In this document: positions 9,819 to 19,913 of the stretch, piece after piece
Layout of the letters: each line of letters opens with the position of its first letter
Numbering within the stretch: position 1 is the first letter of the stretch
IMG/VR virus record: IMGVR_UViG_3300037424_001372
Span: 204,837-268,836 of that record
Length of the DNA stretch: 64,000 bases
Direction: 5' to 3' (one strand)
Source: a virus
Lineage: Duplodnaviria; Heunggongvirae; Uroviricota; Caudoviricetes
Program-made: the position numbers and the translations under genes
The notes under the pieces: model-generated
Told to the model about the DNA's origin: nothing
The model's database searches: none
The model's input: the letters and a program-made list of their open reading frames with translations, nothing else

Positions 9819-10592
9819 ATGGCAGAATTATTTGAAAATGTGTTCAATCCAAGTTCAGTTTACGATATGTTGTTTTTTAATGTGAAAACAGTATTAAAAT
9901 ATCCTACACTTGAAAAATTAGAACAAGAAAATAAACCGCTTTATGATAGGTGGTTATATTTTGAAAAAAAATACCTTGATAAGGAATTAAGTTCTAATGA
10001 AATTTATGAAAAGCAAGCCCCTGATTACCAAGAATTTTCTCAAATTGTTGCGATTACATACGGCACATTGTATTCTGAAAATGGTTCTCTTAAACGTCAC
10101 ATGAAAAAGATTTCTAATAATGATGAATTTATTGTGTTAGCTACTTTCATGGATGAGTTATATCAAATATCTAAAGATGGCGTGGAATCCACTCCAAAAC
10201 ATTTTCCGATATTGTGTGGTCATAATATTATTAGTCATGATATACCGCTTTTAATTAAAAAGTTTATTTATTATCGTGATAAGTTTGATAATGATCAGAA
10301 AATTCCATATATTTTAAAAAACTGTTTAAATCAAAAACCTTGGGAATCAGGTATTATTGATACAATAAATGTATGGAAGTTTAATGGTTATGATAAAATG
10401 TCATTAATGTTAATTGCAGATTATATGGGTTTGAAAAAAACTGTTGATTTATTACCAATTGAAGATGTCTCTAAAAAATATTGGGAATTAATCAATTCTG
10501 AACCAGAAAAAGCATTAGATTTTGTTACACTACAATCGGCAACCCAAACAAATTTAGTCATCCAATTAATGAATGAATTAAGAAAATTATAA
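9819..10592 (+). CDS. DnaQ-like (DEDD) exonuclease-fold protein, probably catalytically degenerate
   Basis: Exo II-like GHNIISHDIPLL motif. The Exo I DxE motif is not recognisable. Confidence 0.3.
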   Translation: MAELFENVFNPSSVYDMLFFNVKTVLKYPTLEKLEQENKPLYDRWLYFEKKYLDKELSSNEIYEKQAPDYQEFSQIVAITYGTLYSENGSLKRHMKKISNNDEFIVLATFMDELYQISKDGVESTPKHFPILCGHNIISHDIPLLIKKFIYYRDKFDNDQKIPYILKNCLNQKPWESGIIDTINVWKFNGYDKMSLMLIADYMGLKKTVDLLPIEDVSKKYWELINSEPEKALDFVTLQSATQTNLVIQLMNELRKL

Positions 10593-10615
10593 TAAACAAT
10601 ATTCTAACTCTCATT

Positions 10616-10653
10616 AATGAGTGAAATCGGTGCATTTCACTCATTTTTTTTGT
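10616..10653 (+). terminator. rho-independent terminator (end of + block)
   Basis: AATGAGTGAAAT-cggtgc-ATTTCACTCATT followed by TTTTTTTT. Confidence 0.65.
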
Positions 10654-10820
10654 TTTTATATTGTGATAGTACAGTAGTTGTGCTGATCATAGTTTGAATT
10701 CGGACAAATGGTTTTGTTAATATCTTTTGTTAGTTTATATAAATAAAAAAGATGTTAAAATTAAATTGTTTTAATATTAAACTAAATAATATATTTGACA
10801 AATATTTGAATAAAATAACG

Positions 10821-10855
10821 ATGCCATTTTAGAATTTAATTATCTAAAATGGCAT
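10821..10855 (-). terminator. hairpin terminator (end of - block)
   Basis: Perfect 12-bp inverted repeat ATGCCATTTTAG / CTAAAATGGCAT in the convergent strand-switch region. Confidence 0.5.
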
Positions 10856-10878
10856 TTAATTAATCTTAGGATGATATT

Positions 10879-11190
10879 TTATTGAGCTAATTTAGATGGC
10901 TCTGTTGTCCAACTTAATTGGTCTGAAAATTTACCGTTAATATGAGAAGCATCATAAATTTTATCAAAATCTTCTTCACTAAGATACGCTCTTTTTGTAT
11001 TAAAGTCTGAATATAATAAATAATCATTCATTTCAATAATTGTGTTGAAAAAAATGTATGTTTTACGATGAAATATATATGTTAAACTATCCACCCTATT
11101 ATTTTCATCATTAAAATTGAGCAACACTCCTAAAATTTTACCATTTACAGAATATTTTTCTTCATGTGCCGTGGTTATAAAAGTTTTCAT
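10879..11190 (-). CDS. hypothetical protein
   Basis: 103-aa ORF. Confidence 0.45.
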   Translation of the reverse strand: MKTFITTAHEEKYSVNGKILGVLLNFNDENNRVDSLTYIFHRKTYIFFNTIIEMNDYLLYSDFNTKRAYLSEEDFDKIYDASHINGKFSDQLSWTTEPSKLAQ

Positions 11191-11308
11191 ATTAAATTAA
11201 TTATTAGTTATTAATGTTAAATTAGCTTGATTGTTTATTATGTTAATATAAAAATAAAAATTAGTATTGTCACAAATACTATTTAAATTTCCAATTATTA
11301 AAATATTA

Positions 11309-12046
11309 TTAAGGGTTTGATTTATTTAAACCAATTTTATTTTTATTAATTAACCTCTTCTCAATTTTATTTGGAGTAAATTGAAATAAATAAGAGTTAT
11401 TTAATCTAATAAATCCACATCTACTTGCAATAGCAAATAATTTATATTCATTCATTTCAACATCGGTTTCATTAAAAAAGCCTTTCAACTCATAATAATC
11501 GGCACCTTGAATTATCATTGGTTTTTCATTCAACTTCTCTTTAACCTCAACAATTTTTTTATTAATAAAAAAATCAGCATCCATTTTATTATTTTGAAAT
11601 GGTTTTACTAACATTAATATTGCTATTTTATCACCAAAATAATCCCTATAAAACATTTCAATTAATTCATCGGTAATACCTTTTTTACGATATTCTTTTT
11701 TTAATAAATATGTGTGAATTATAATTACTTTATTATATTGGTTATAATCAAAATTATTAGATTTTATTAATTTAACCAGTTCACCATAACTATTTTCTAA
11801 ATTATAGGCTTGGATTAATTTATTGATATTAATATTTAATTTTCTACCTAATTCAATATTCCATATTGAAAAAGAATACTCCCCAATTAATTTAGGTAAT
11901 TTATTGTCTTCATATCTTAATTCAGTAATAACACCTTCACATTCAGTTATAATGTTTTCATTGGTGTTAATGAAATCAATATTTTTCCGATATACTAGTG
12001 TTTTAAATGTAATTTTTTTCCACAAATCAAAATTATGTTTGTTCAT
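11309..12046 (-). CDS. GNAT-family acetyltransferase-like protein
   Basis: RKKGIT (R/Q-x-x-G-x-G/A) motif A-like segment. Confidence 0.3.
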   Translation of the reverse strand: MNKHNFDLWKKITFKTLVYRKNIDFINTNENIITECEGVITELRYEDNKLPKLIGEYSFSIWNIELGRKLNININKLIQAYNLENSYGELVKLIKSNNFDYNQYNKVIIIHTYLLKKEYRKKGITDELIEMFYRDYFGDKIAILMLVKPFQNNKMDADFFINKKIVEVKEKLNEKPMIIQGADYYELKGFFNETDVEMNEYKLFAIASRCGFIRLNNSYLFQFTPNKIEKRLINKNKIGLNKSNP

Positions 12047-12094
12047 ATATTATAATATACTCAAATATAAGTAATTTTTTATTAAAATTAAAAT

Positions 12095-12526
12095 TTATAG
12101 TAATTCATATGATTTATTCATTATTTTCAATAAATCTCTATAATATTTTTCAATATCCTTTTCTTGTAAATATTCGTTAGGCTCGAAATTATTATCGACA
12201 TAATTAGTCCAATATAGATCAACACCAAATCTATTCATGTCATTAATAAAATCATTAATTGTTTTAGGTATTGATGATATATATGTTATTGAATTAGGTA
12301 TGTCTTTTTTTACTTGATAGTATGTTGAATAAAATTCTAATGTAGATTTATCGTTATTAAATTTATACCAATTGATCATATCATTACCACACCATCCTTT
12401 AAATAAAATTTCGCAAGAATTATTTACGTTGATTGGATATAACATATCAACCAAGAAAGGTTTGGCTAGAAATTCATTAAACTTCTTACTTCCAATTGTT
12501 TCATTATATGTTGAAACTATTATCAT
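12095..12526 (-). CDS. hypothetical protein
   Basis: 143-aa ORF. Confidence 0.45.
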   Translation of the reverse strand: MIIVSTYNETIGSKKFNEFLAKPFLVDMLYPINVNNSCEILFKGWCGNDMINWYKFNNDKSTLEFYSTYYQVKKDIPNSITYISSIPKTINDFINDMNRFGVDLYWTNYVDNNFEPNEYLQEKDIEKYYRDLLKIMNKSYELL

Positions 12527-13125
12527 TGTTTAATTATTGTGAATTTACTGTTATTAGTTGGAATGAACACATATATAATCCATTTATGTTGATAAATATT
12601 ATCATTTTTCTCTTTTTTTGAATCAAATGGACAAGTAATGCTTTCGCCATAGAAAATTAACATTTTAACATAAATTTTGTTGTCAATTAATTCTATTTTT
12701 GAAAAACCAATGCTATTACGTTCAATATTATTCGAATTTATATCAAGATTTTTATTCTCACAAAAACTTTCATAATACCATTTAACGCCTCTATCTTCTT
12801 CATAAGAAGGAAGTTGTTCATATGTTCTATAATCAGTTCGAATTACATCCGATACAATTTCCCAACGGTTATTTAAACTATTATAATCCTTATCAATAAT
12901 TAGTGGTCTACGATATAAATATATATTTCTTTTAATGATCACATCATTATATTTAAATGGGGTTTCATCATATGCAATTGTATATTCACAATTATTTAGA
13001 CTATCTTTTAAATAATAACTTCGATTATCACTTCTGTTTTCAACTCTTTGTCTAGTGCCTTGCCCAAAACAAGACATACCAACTAACAAAATCAAAATTA
13101 TTGACAAGTTGAATATTTTTTTCAT
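12523..13125 (-). CDS. lipoprotein (signal peptide with lipobox LVGMSC)
   Basis: N-terminus MKKIFNLSIILILLVGMSCFGQG. Confidence 0.5.
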   Translation of the reverse strand: MKKIFNLSIILILLVGMSCFGQGTRQRVENRSDNRSYYLKDSLNNCEYTIAYDETPFKYNDVIIKRNIYLYRRPLIIDKDYNSLNNRWEIVSDVIRTDYRTYEQLPSYEEDRGVKWYYESFCENKNLDINSNNIERNSIGFSKIELIDNKIYVKMLIFYGESITCPFDSKKEKNDNIYQHKWIIYVFIPTNNSKFTIIKQ

Positions 13126-13189
13126 TTTTAATATATTAAATTAGATGTTTATGTTGTATATACGAATAATGTGATGTATTTGTTACATA

Positions 13190-13222
13190 AAAATAAAATA
13201 CGCAAATTTGCGTATTTTATTT
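13190..13222 (-). terminator. rho-independent terminator
   Basis: AAAATACGCAAA / TTTGCGTATTTT palindrome with flanking T run. Confidence 0.5.
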
Positions 13223-13432
13223 CAGTTCATATTCTCCGACAACTAACACCATAATATTTTCAGGATGTTTTTTATTTTTCCATTCATTCGCCATAATACT
13301 GTTTATGGCATTATCTGTCAATAATTCCCCAACATTCATCCATGTTCGGTCTTTTATTTCAAATAGTATTTCATCACTATCTGAATTAACAAATTTAACT
13401 GTTAATCTTGGGGTTGATTTAGTATATCTCAT
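13217..13432 (-). CDS. hypothetical protein
   Basis: 71-aa ORF. Confidence 0.4.
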   Translation of the reverse strand: MRYTKSTPRLTVKFVNSDSDEILFEIKDRTWMNVGELLTDNAINSIMANEWKNKKHPENIMVLVVGEYELK

Positions 13433-13433
13433 T

Positions 13434-13709
13434 TTATGAAATTTCGTTTATGTTATTTTTTTCTTGCTGAAAAATACTACTCGACTGCATCAAAGTAGCT
13501 ACAAGATTAAAGACGTTAAATAATAACATTTTTACAATCCAATATATTCCAGAGATTTGTAAAAATGTTATTTTTATTTGAAATAAATCATATAGTAAAT
13601 ATCTCCATATTAGAGATATTATTAATCCAATGATTAATGATTCTAATGCAAGGTATATCATTATTGGGAAGGTGATGAAGATTCCACTTAATATATTGTT
13701 ATTGTTCAT
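13434..13709 (-). CDS. small membrane protein
   Basis: 91 aa with two hydrophobic helices. Confidence 0.4.
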   Translation of the reverse strand: MNNNNILSGIFITFPIMIYLALESLIIGLIISLIWRYLLYDLFQIKITFLQISGIYWIVKMLLFNVFNLVATLMQSSSIFQQEKNNINEIS

Positions 13710-13744
13710 AATAATTTAAATTATTGATTTAAGAATTGTAAGAA

Positions 13745-14272
13745 TTATGGCAATTTTATACCATATTTTTCGGAAAAATATAGTAATGCCTCAACATTAC
13801 CTTTACAATCATCAATCGGGTGATGCGAATGATTAGTTATGCGATGTTTTTTCCATTTATACCATAAATCTTTTTCTGCACCACAGAATAAATCACCAAT
13901 TCGTCTTGATGACCAACCAAATGGATTATGATTAGTAAATTTATGAAAATAATAATTTAAACATACTCCGAAATCATATCCATTATTATCAGAAATACCA
14001 ATTGGTGAGTTACCGCTATTAATTTTCAACCACTCTGTGAAATTCTCCATCACTTCTTTAGGGTCATCAAATTTTTCGTGTTCTTCTCTACTAAATCCAC
14101 TGATAGCGAGCGCATTTGAATTCCAATTATTTGATATTGGTTTCATTTTACCATAAAATATTTTAGAAATTGTTGGTTCTACAATAATTGCTGAAAAACA
14201 AACAATCGAATAATCCGGCATATAAGGTCCATCAGATTCAACATCGACACAAACTAATTTACTTTTTGACAT
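13745..14272 (-). CDS. DEDDh 3'-5' exonuclease (DnaQ/RNase T-like)
   Basis: Exo I VDVESDG. Exo III HHPIDDCKGN. Confidence 0.65.
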   Translation of the reverse strand: MSKSKLVCVDVESDGPYMPDYSIVCFSAIIVEPTISKIFYGKMKPISNNWNSNALAISGFSREEHEKFDDPKEVMENFTEWLKINSGNSPIGISDNNGYDFGVCLNYYFHKFTNHNPFGWSSRRIGDLFCGAEKDLWYKWKKHRITNHSHHPIDDCKGNVEALLYFSEKYGIKLP

Positions 14273-14273
14273 T

Positions 14274-14819
14274 TTATTGAATATTTAATTTATTATAAAT
14301 TTTAGTACAATATTTTATTTGTAATTTAGCATCATTAATTGGATGATGAATCAATGTGTTATTATTAGCAATTTCATCATATTTTATTTGAGGGGCAAAT
14401 GCAACTAATGTCCTTACATCTCTTTCTTTTGTATAATTCCAAGGTATTTTTAATTTACATGCGATATAAGCATCACTAAGAATACCAATATCAAAACGAG
14501 AACCATTGCCCCATATTTGAATATCTTGAATACTATCATTCATCCATAGACTAAATTCGTGTAAAACATTTTGAATTTCATCGTTGTTCTTATCGCATAT
14601 TGCATCACGAGCATCTTGACTTTGTTGCAACCACCAATAAACAGTACTCGCATCAATTTTCAAACCAAAATCCAAACAAGATTTTAAATTAACTACACGA
14701 TAAAACTCACGACCCGTTTCACCTGTTTCAATATTAAATTCAACAGCACCAATAGAAACAATGGCAGAATTGCTTGTACTTCCCATCGTTTCAAGGTCCA
14801 ACATTACATCTGTAAACAT
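14274..14819 (-). CDS. DEDDh 3'-5' exonuclease (DnaQ/RNase T-like), tandem paralog
   Basis: Exo I LDLETMG. Exo II WGNGSRFDIGIL. Exo III HHPINDA. Confidence 0.7.
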   Translation of the reverse strand: MFTDVMLDLETMGSTSNSAIVSIGAVEFNIETGETGREFYRVVNLKSCLDFGLKIDASTVYWWLQQSQDARDAICDKNNDEIQNVLHEFSLWMNDSIQDIQIWGNGSRFDIGILSDAYIACKLKIPWNYTKERDVRTLVAFAPQIKYDEIANNNTLIHHPINDAKLQIKYCTKIYNKLNIQ

Positions 14820-14831
14820 ATATTATTTTTT

Positions 14832-15371
14832 TTAATAATTATGAATTTCATCAAGCTCTGCCCAAAATTCATTTAATTGTTGCAAATTTAATGAATCTTC
14901 ATACCATTTCAAAGCCATTTTAAAAATAGGTCGCTTGTATTCATATTCTGTGATATATTTTTCATACATAGAACTGCGTGAATCTCTGCTATATGAGGCG
15001 TTTGCTGCAATATCACACATTTTCACAACTATTGAACGATAATCACTAATTGTTTTAGGCATCGTTAACATTTGTCGCATTAATCTGTTTTCGGCAGGTA
15101 CATCAGTAACATTTAATGTAATGCGAGCAACATCTTCATTGGTTTCACATTTAATATCGTTGAATGTTAATTTAGCATCCTCTATCAAATCATGAGTCAA
15201 ACAAGCCATGCTAGAATTTAAATAATCATGGGGATATTTAAAGATTTTACAATATCTTCCCATGTAATTTTTAACCATATCAATATGGGTGAAATAATTT
15301 TTTCCATCATATTTACAATTAGCATCATCATATGCTTTTTGTGCAAAATCATATACATTATCAATATTCAT
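14832..15371 (-). CDS. HD-domain phosphohydrolase (YfbR-like 5'-deoxynucleotidase / dNTPase candidate)
   Basis: H...HD...D pattern: YFTHID then ACLTHDLIED. Confidence 0.5.
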   Translation of the reverse strand: MNIDNVYDFAQKAYDDANCKYDGKNYFTHIDMVKNYMGRYCKIFKYPHDYLNSSMACLTHDLIEDAKLTFNDIKCETNEDVARITLNVTDVPAENRLMRQMLTMPKTISDYRSIVVKMCDIAANASYSRDSRSSMYEKYITEYEYKRPIFKMALKWYEDSLNLQQLNEFWAELDEIHNY

Positions 15372-15382
15372 AATAATTATTT

Positions 15383-15928
15383 TTAATTGTTATAACAAAT
15401 TAGTTTAGCATTTTCTTTACTATATATTTTAATATCAATAAATTTACCGCTCCATAGTTTATTATTGTCATATAGATTTGCATCACCTTTGGTTTGTAAG
15501 AAATCTATTGTATTACGATACCTCTTATTTTTTGTATCGTGAGCGATCCACCAGCCATTAATTTTTTTATTTGAACTTTCAATCCAAATACTATCACCAT
15601 ATTTTATTTTACCTTTGAATAAATTTGACGATTTATCAGATAACAAACTATAACGATATTCACAATCTAACATATCTTGACTAATCGCAATCCAACGGAG
15701 TTCACTGGCAATATCTGGATTAATGATAGAACCATCGCCGGTAATATTTGGCGTGCTGTCACATTGAGCAATTTCTGCGTGATAAATAGTGCCCCAAATA
15801 TTAGAATATAATGGTTGTATTTTAAATACTGTCGTTGACAAACCATTTCTTTCAAAAATATTTATACTTGTTAATATAGAATACAAAATACTGATGAGGA
15901 TTAACATATAATAACGATATAATTTCAT
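15383..15928 (-). CDS. 3D-domain (MltA/YuiC-like) peptidoglycan-binding or lytic protein with N-terminal signal anchor
   Basis: N-terminal TM. TPNITGDGSIINPDIASELRWIAISQD and C-terminal GWWIAHDTKNKRYRNTIDFL resemble the 3D-domain conserved Asp pattern. Confidence 0.45.
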   Translation of the reverse strand: MKLYRYYMLILISILYSILTSINIFERNGLSTTVFKIQPLYSNIWGTIYHAEIAQCDSTPNITGDGSIINPDIASELRWIAISQDMLDCEYRYSLLSDKSSNLFKGKIKYGDSIWIESSNKKINGWWIAHDTKNKRYRNTIDFLQTKGDANLYDNNKLWSGKFIDIKIYSKENAKLICYNN

Positions 15929-15997
15929 TTTATTTTATTTAAATCAGGTTATTTATTTTACTATGATACGAATTTTATTTTAATTTGTTACAAAAAA

Positions 15998-16028
15998 TTT
16001 GTGAATGAAAATAAATCAATTATATTTG
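15998..16028 (+). promoter_or_regulatory. candidate Bacteroidota-type promoter (-33 TTTG, -7 TAnnTTTG)
   Basis: TTTG-19 nt-TATATTTG in the divergent intergenic region upstream of 16110. Confidence 0.3.
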
Positions 16029-16109
16029 CAAAATAATATAATAGGTAAATAGTAACAAAGATTGTTTTGGTTCGTATCAAACAATAATTTTTAAAAACAA
16101 ATTACAATT

Positions 16110-16508
16110 ATGAGACAAATTATTTTTCGCGGCAAATTGTTATATTCTGAAACAGAATGGATTGAAGGTAATTTAATTATTGCAAGAGACGGACAACCAT
16201 ATATTATTCCGTTTGATATATTTGAACCATATGGACATCATTTAATAATTAATTCGGATAATCCGTTTTATGTAAAGCCTGAAACGGTAAGCCAATTTAC
16301 TGGTATGGTTGACAAAAATAATAAATTGATATTTGAAAATGATATTTGTTCGCAAGAACAATCTATAAATGGATTTGTAAGATTTGACCACGGTTGGGCA
16401 ATTGATTACGACACCCATTCTCACGATATGCCCCAGTATTATTGTGATTATCTTGAAATAATTGGTAATAGGTTCGATAATGCTGAAATGCTTGATGATA
16501 ATTGTTGA
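16110..16508 (+). CDS. YopX-family phage protein
   Basis: N-terminal MRQIIFRGK and C-terminal IIGNRFDNAEMLDD resemble the YopX hallmark IGNIYENPELL. Confidence 0.5.
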   Translation: MRQIIFRGKLLYSETEWIEGNLIIARDGQPYIIPFDIFEPYGHHLIINSDNPFYVKPETVSQFTGMVDKNNKLIFENDICSQEQSINGFVRFDHGWAIDYDTHSHDMPQYYCDYLEIIGNRFDNAEMLDDNC

Positions 16509-16732
16509 GTTATAACAGTACATGTATGTTGTAAGTTGGCTGTTAATAGCTGATGGCAAGGCGACCATGTATCGGCTTTCGTTGGATAGTAATTGTAATC
16601 CGAGCAGCTTCCTTCCGTCATTTATTTATAATGGGATTCTGATATAAGTAGTTGCAGTTTTAGAACTACTGACTTTACAATTGTAGAAACTTTAATATTA
16701 AAAACGAAACGAAAAAATAAAACTTAAATGTT

Positions 16733-17341
16733 ATGGCAAAAAAGAAAACTATTTGGGACTACTTTGAAAATAACGTTGATTATCCAAGCGAAGTGGCACA
16801 TAATCCATTACCATACGGAACTGTTTGGTGTTATATTTCATCAACATTTTTGAACGGAATTATAAACTATGTAAAACCAATTAGCTGTTTTGTATTGGAT
16901 AGATATACTGCAGATGATGAAAATGTTGGTGATAGAAATTTTACTGTACGCAACAAAGGCGAATTTGGTAATTGGCATAAATGGGATGGAACAAAAAAAG
17001 AACTAATCAATGCAATTACAAGTGGTGAAAAAGAAATGCATCATACCGATATGAATTGCTTTGGTGATGATATTACATTGCTTGCCGAAATTGAAACTAA
17101 CGAAGATGATAATAAAGGAAGATATATGTTTTTTTGGTTTGATTGTGATGTTTCTGATTGTTGTATAGGGAAATTTGAAACTACTGATACCAAAGAAGAA
17201 GTTATTCAATCAATGATAAACTGGCTTGATGAAAACAAAGAAGAAAACAAAGGAAAAGTGGTTGAAGAAGGACATGATAATGGGATTGTAAACTACTCTG
17301 AACTTCCTATTTGTTTTTTGAAGGGTTGGCTTAAATTTTAA
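16733..17341 (+). CDS. hypothetical acidic protein
   Basis: 202-aa ORF. Confidence 0.5.
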   Translation: MAKKKTIWDYFENNVDYPSEVAHNPLPYGTVWCYISSTFLNGIINYVKPISCFVLDRYTADDENVGDRNFTVRNKGEFGNWHKWDGTKKELINAITSGEKEMHHTDMNCFGDDITLLAEIETNEDDNKGRYMFFWFDCDVSDCCIGKFETTDTKEEVIQSMINWLDENKEENKGKVVEEGHDNGIVNYSELPICFLKGWLKF

Positions 17342-17438
17342 TTGAATTATAATCACAAACCTACTAAAATGGTTGAAATTATAAAAGAAGCGTAAAAATT
17401 TAAAACCTTGTGGTGTAAAGGCGAACCACATATAACAT

Positions 17439-18053
17439 ATGACAAATATACAAAAATTCGCAAAGCAAGAGTTGGATATTCTTGCAGCAACAGTACCTAA
17501 TGCGATTGTAACTCCTTTCGCAAAGGAAATTTTAGCCCTATGTGAAGCATTTGGTAAAAGTGGACAAAGTGGTGGTTCGGCACCTTACACTGCTTCGGCA
17601 ATTGCACGAGCAGTAAAAAAACTTATGTTACATGAACCGATTTGCGATATAACTGGACATGAAAACGAATGGGTCGATGTAAGTGGAATTGGTGACGGCA
17701 CCATTACATACCAAAATAGTAGATGTGGTGCCTTATTTAAGGATGGTATTGATGGAAAGGCACATTACTTTGATGCAATTGTTTGGAAAGACAAAGAAGA
17801 TTGTAACACATTTACTGGTAGAGTTTATATTGACAATAAAAATTTTGAGTTGATCGGAAGTGGTCAATTTGTAAAATTTCCATTTAAACCGAAAACATTT
17901 TATATTGATGTAGTTCGAGTCCCTATTACCAAAGAAGATGCTGAAAAAAGAGATTTGCACTATATTGAAGATAGAAATGGTGAATGTTATTATACTATTT
18001 TGAAAGACCCGAAACAATTAAACAAGGTTTTTAAATATTATTATAAAAAGTAA
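17439..18053 (+). CDS. hypothetical protein
   Basis: 204-aa ORF. Confidence 0.5.
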   Translation: MTNIQKFAKQELDILAATVPNAIVTPFAKEILALCEAFGKSGQSGGSAPYTASAIARAVKKLMLHEPICDITGHENEWVDVSGIGDGTITYQNSRCGALFKDGIDGKAHYFDAIVWKDKEDCNTFTGRVYIDNKNFELIGSGQFVKFPFKPKTFYIDVVRVPITKEDAEKRDLHYIEDRNGECYYTILKDPKQLNKVFKYYYKK

Positions 18054-18069
18054 ATTAATTGTAGGAATT

Positions 18070-18441
18070 ATGAATATCAATAAAAACCCCTTAACAAATC
18101 GGCTTTGTTTCAGAGTTTGGATTGAAAGTCAAAAGTATATGACTACCCAAGGCAATCCTGATTTAGAAACACTACAGTCATTTATGTTTCATTATGGAAA
18201 CGAAGAAAATATAATGCAATACACTGGATTAAATGATATGAATGGTTTAAAAATATTTGAAATGGATATTATCGAATATACTCAGCACCATTTTAATACC
18301 GATATGGTTGAAACCAAACGTAAGCTTGTCAAATGGAAATATGATAAATGGGGTGTTTACGAAACAAATGCCGGCGAAAGTGATGTAAAAGTAATTGGGA
18401 ATATTTTTGAAAATCCAGAATTATTACAGAACGTTATTTAA
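18070..18441 (+). CDS. YopX-family phage protein
   Basis: C-terminal VIGNIFENPELLQNVI matches the YopX hallmark. Confidence 0.65.
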   Translation: MNINKNPLTNRLCFRVWIESQKYMTTQGNPDLETLQSFMFHYGNEENIMQYTGLNDMNGLKIFEMDIIEYTQHHFNTDMVETKRKLVKWKYDKWGVYETNAGESDVKVIGNIFENPELLQNVI

Positions 18442-18541
18442 GCCGTTTGTGAATGTTCCGTTTATTTAGTACGGACTTAGAAGCGCAAAGCATAATTAAA
18501 AGAAAAAAATAGATCGAATTTCTCAAATTTCATTTTTTTAT

Positions 18542-18859
18542 ATGAAAATAAAAACTATGTACAATATTAATAGAAGTATCGGGAAATATATTGGTAAAAG
18601 CAAAATGTATAAAGGAGTTTATATTTATAAACTTAATGGTGGTATATTAGTTTACAGGTGAATAATTGGAAAACGAAGAAGTTGGGATTTTGCGACTGAG
18701 CGAGAAGCTGCTTTGTTCTGCGACAAGGCACTAATAAACCAAGGAAAAAAACCTGTAAATATATTGATTGCATACAACGGTGACGGTAGTAGTGGTGCGG
18801 GCATTAACCCCCCTTCTCTATCAAACCGAACAAATGTAAATAGAACTCAGTATGATTAA
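18542..18859 (+). pseudogene. AP2-domain (homing-endonuclease-associated DNA-binding domain) remnant with in-frame TGA at 18659
   Basis: MYKGVYIYKLNGGILVYR*IIGKRRSWDFATEREAALFCDKALINQGKKPVNIL fits the AP2 pattern (GV..., GKR, F.T.EEAA, AYD-like, ..NF) across the stop. Confidence 0.45.
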
Positions 18860-19177
18860 TCGACCTGTTAATAATAGTATTTTTAAACCTTTATGCGTTG
18901 GGGAACTAAACGAATTAAAGGATGAAATTTACAAAGAACAATTTTTTGATTATGATGAAACCGATGCAAGATGTGGAAACTGTGGACATTGGATTTAAAA
19001 ATGTTTTACTAATGTCGATAATATGAAAATTTGGGGATTACGGGACTGCGATGTGTCGAACGGCACGAAACTAAATGCGAGGGTAATGCTTGGCAAACAG
19101 TTACCGCCCCCAATTTTTTATATTATGTGTTAGGCCAATGCTTATGTACTTTATTATTAATATAAAACATAAATAAA

Positions 19178-19393
19178 ATGTCAAATTTCAAAGTAGGTTG
19201 CTCACCTTTAACAAGCAAGTTGTTTGCTGGAAATGTTTTAAAAAACGGAATGTGGGGCAATACTAAACATGATGTTACCGACAGTGCTGTTGGTGCAGTT
19301 GCTCAACACCTTTTGCAGTTAGACCAAAAAATGCTGTTTAAATATAATGATGAGGAATATGAAATCAAAGTTGTAAAGGTGTCTAATAAATAA
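19178..19393 (+). CDS. hypothetical protein
   Basis: 71-aa ORF. Confidence 0.4.
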   Translation: MSNFKVGCSPLTSKLFAGNVLKNGMWGNTKHDVTDSAVGAVAQHLLQLDQKMLFKYNDEEYEIKVVKVSNK

Positions 19394-19404
19394 AATTTTA
19401 TAAA

Positions 19405-19791
19405 ATGAATACACTTAACAGATTTGCAGAATGTAAGCAATTGATTATACACATTGTTAGCATACGTTTATGTTTTCACAAATATGAGCAATTTAAAGTG
19501 GGTAGATTTCCATTAGTTGCCGCATATTGTCATAAGTGTGGAAAAGTTAAATTCGGAAACTGTGTTTATTATGATGGCACAACCTACCAAAAAACATATA
19601 AAGGAGATGAAGCAATAAATTTTGTAAGAAAATTTTCTGAAGAACTTATATGTAAAAATAAAGTGATAAATGATTTTGAAATGCAAACTGGGCTAAATTT
19701 ATGGGATCACAAAGAACAAATTTACCGAGAAGAACACGAGACGATTGATAAATATAATGAAATAGTTTGTGCGTTAGAAAATTCACGTTAA
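19405..19791 (+). CDS. hypothetical Cys-containing protein
   Basis: 128-aa ORF. Confidence 0.45.
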   Translation: MNTLNRFAECKQLIIHIVSIRLCFHKYEQFKVGRFPLVAAYCHKCGKVKFGNCVYYDGTTYQKTYKGDEAINFVRKFSEELICKNKVINDFEMQTGLNLWDHKEQIYREEHETIDKYNEIVCALENSR

Positions 19792-19913
19792 TGATTGGCA
19801 ATATATGATGAGTAAATTTTTCCTCTAAAAAATAGATAAATGAAAATTTATTTCTTATATTTGTTGTCATAAGTATGCATTATTTTTGTTTTACTTTATA
19901 AAAAAATAAAATT

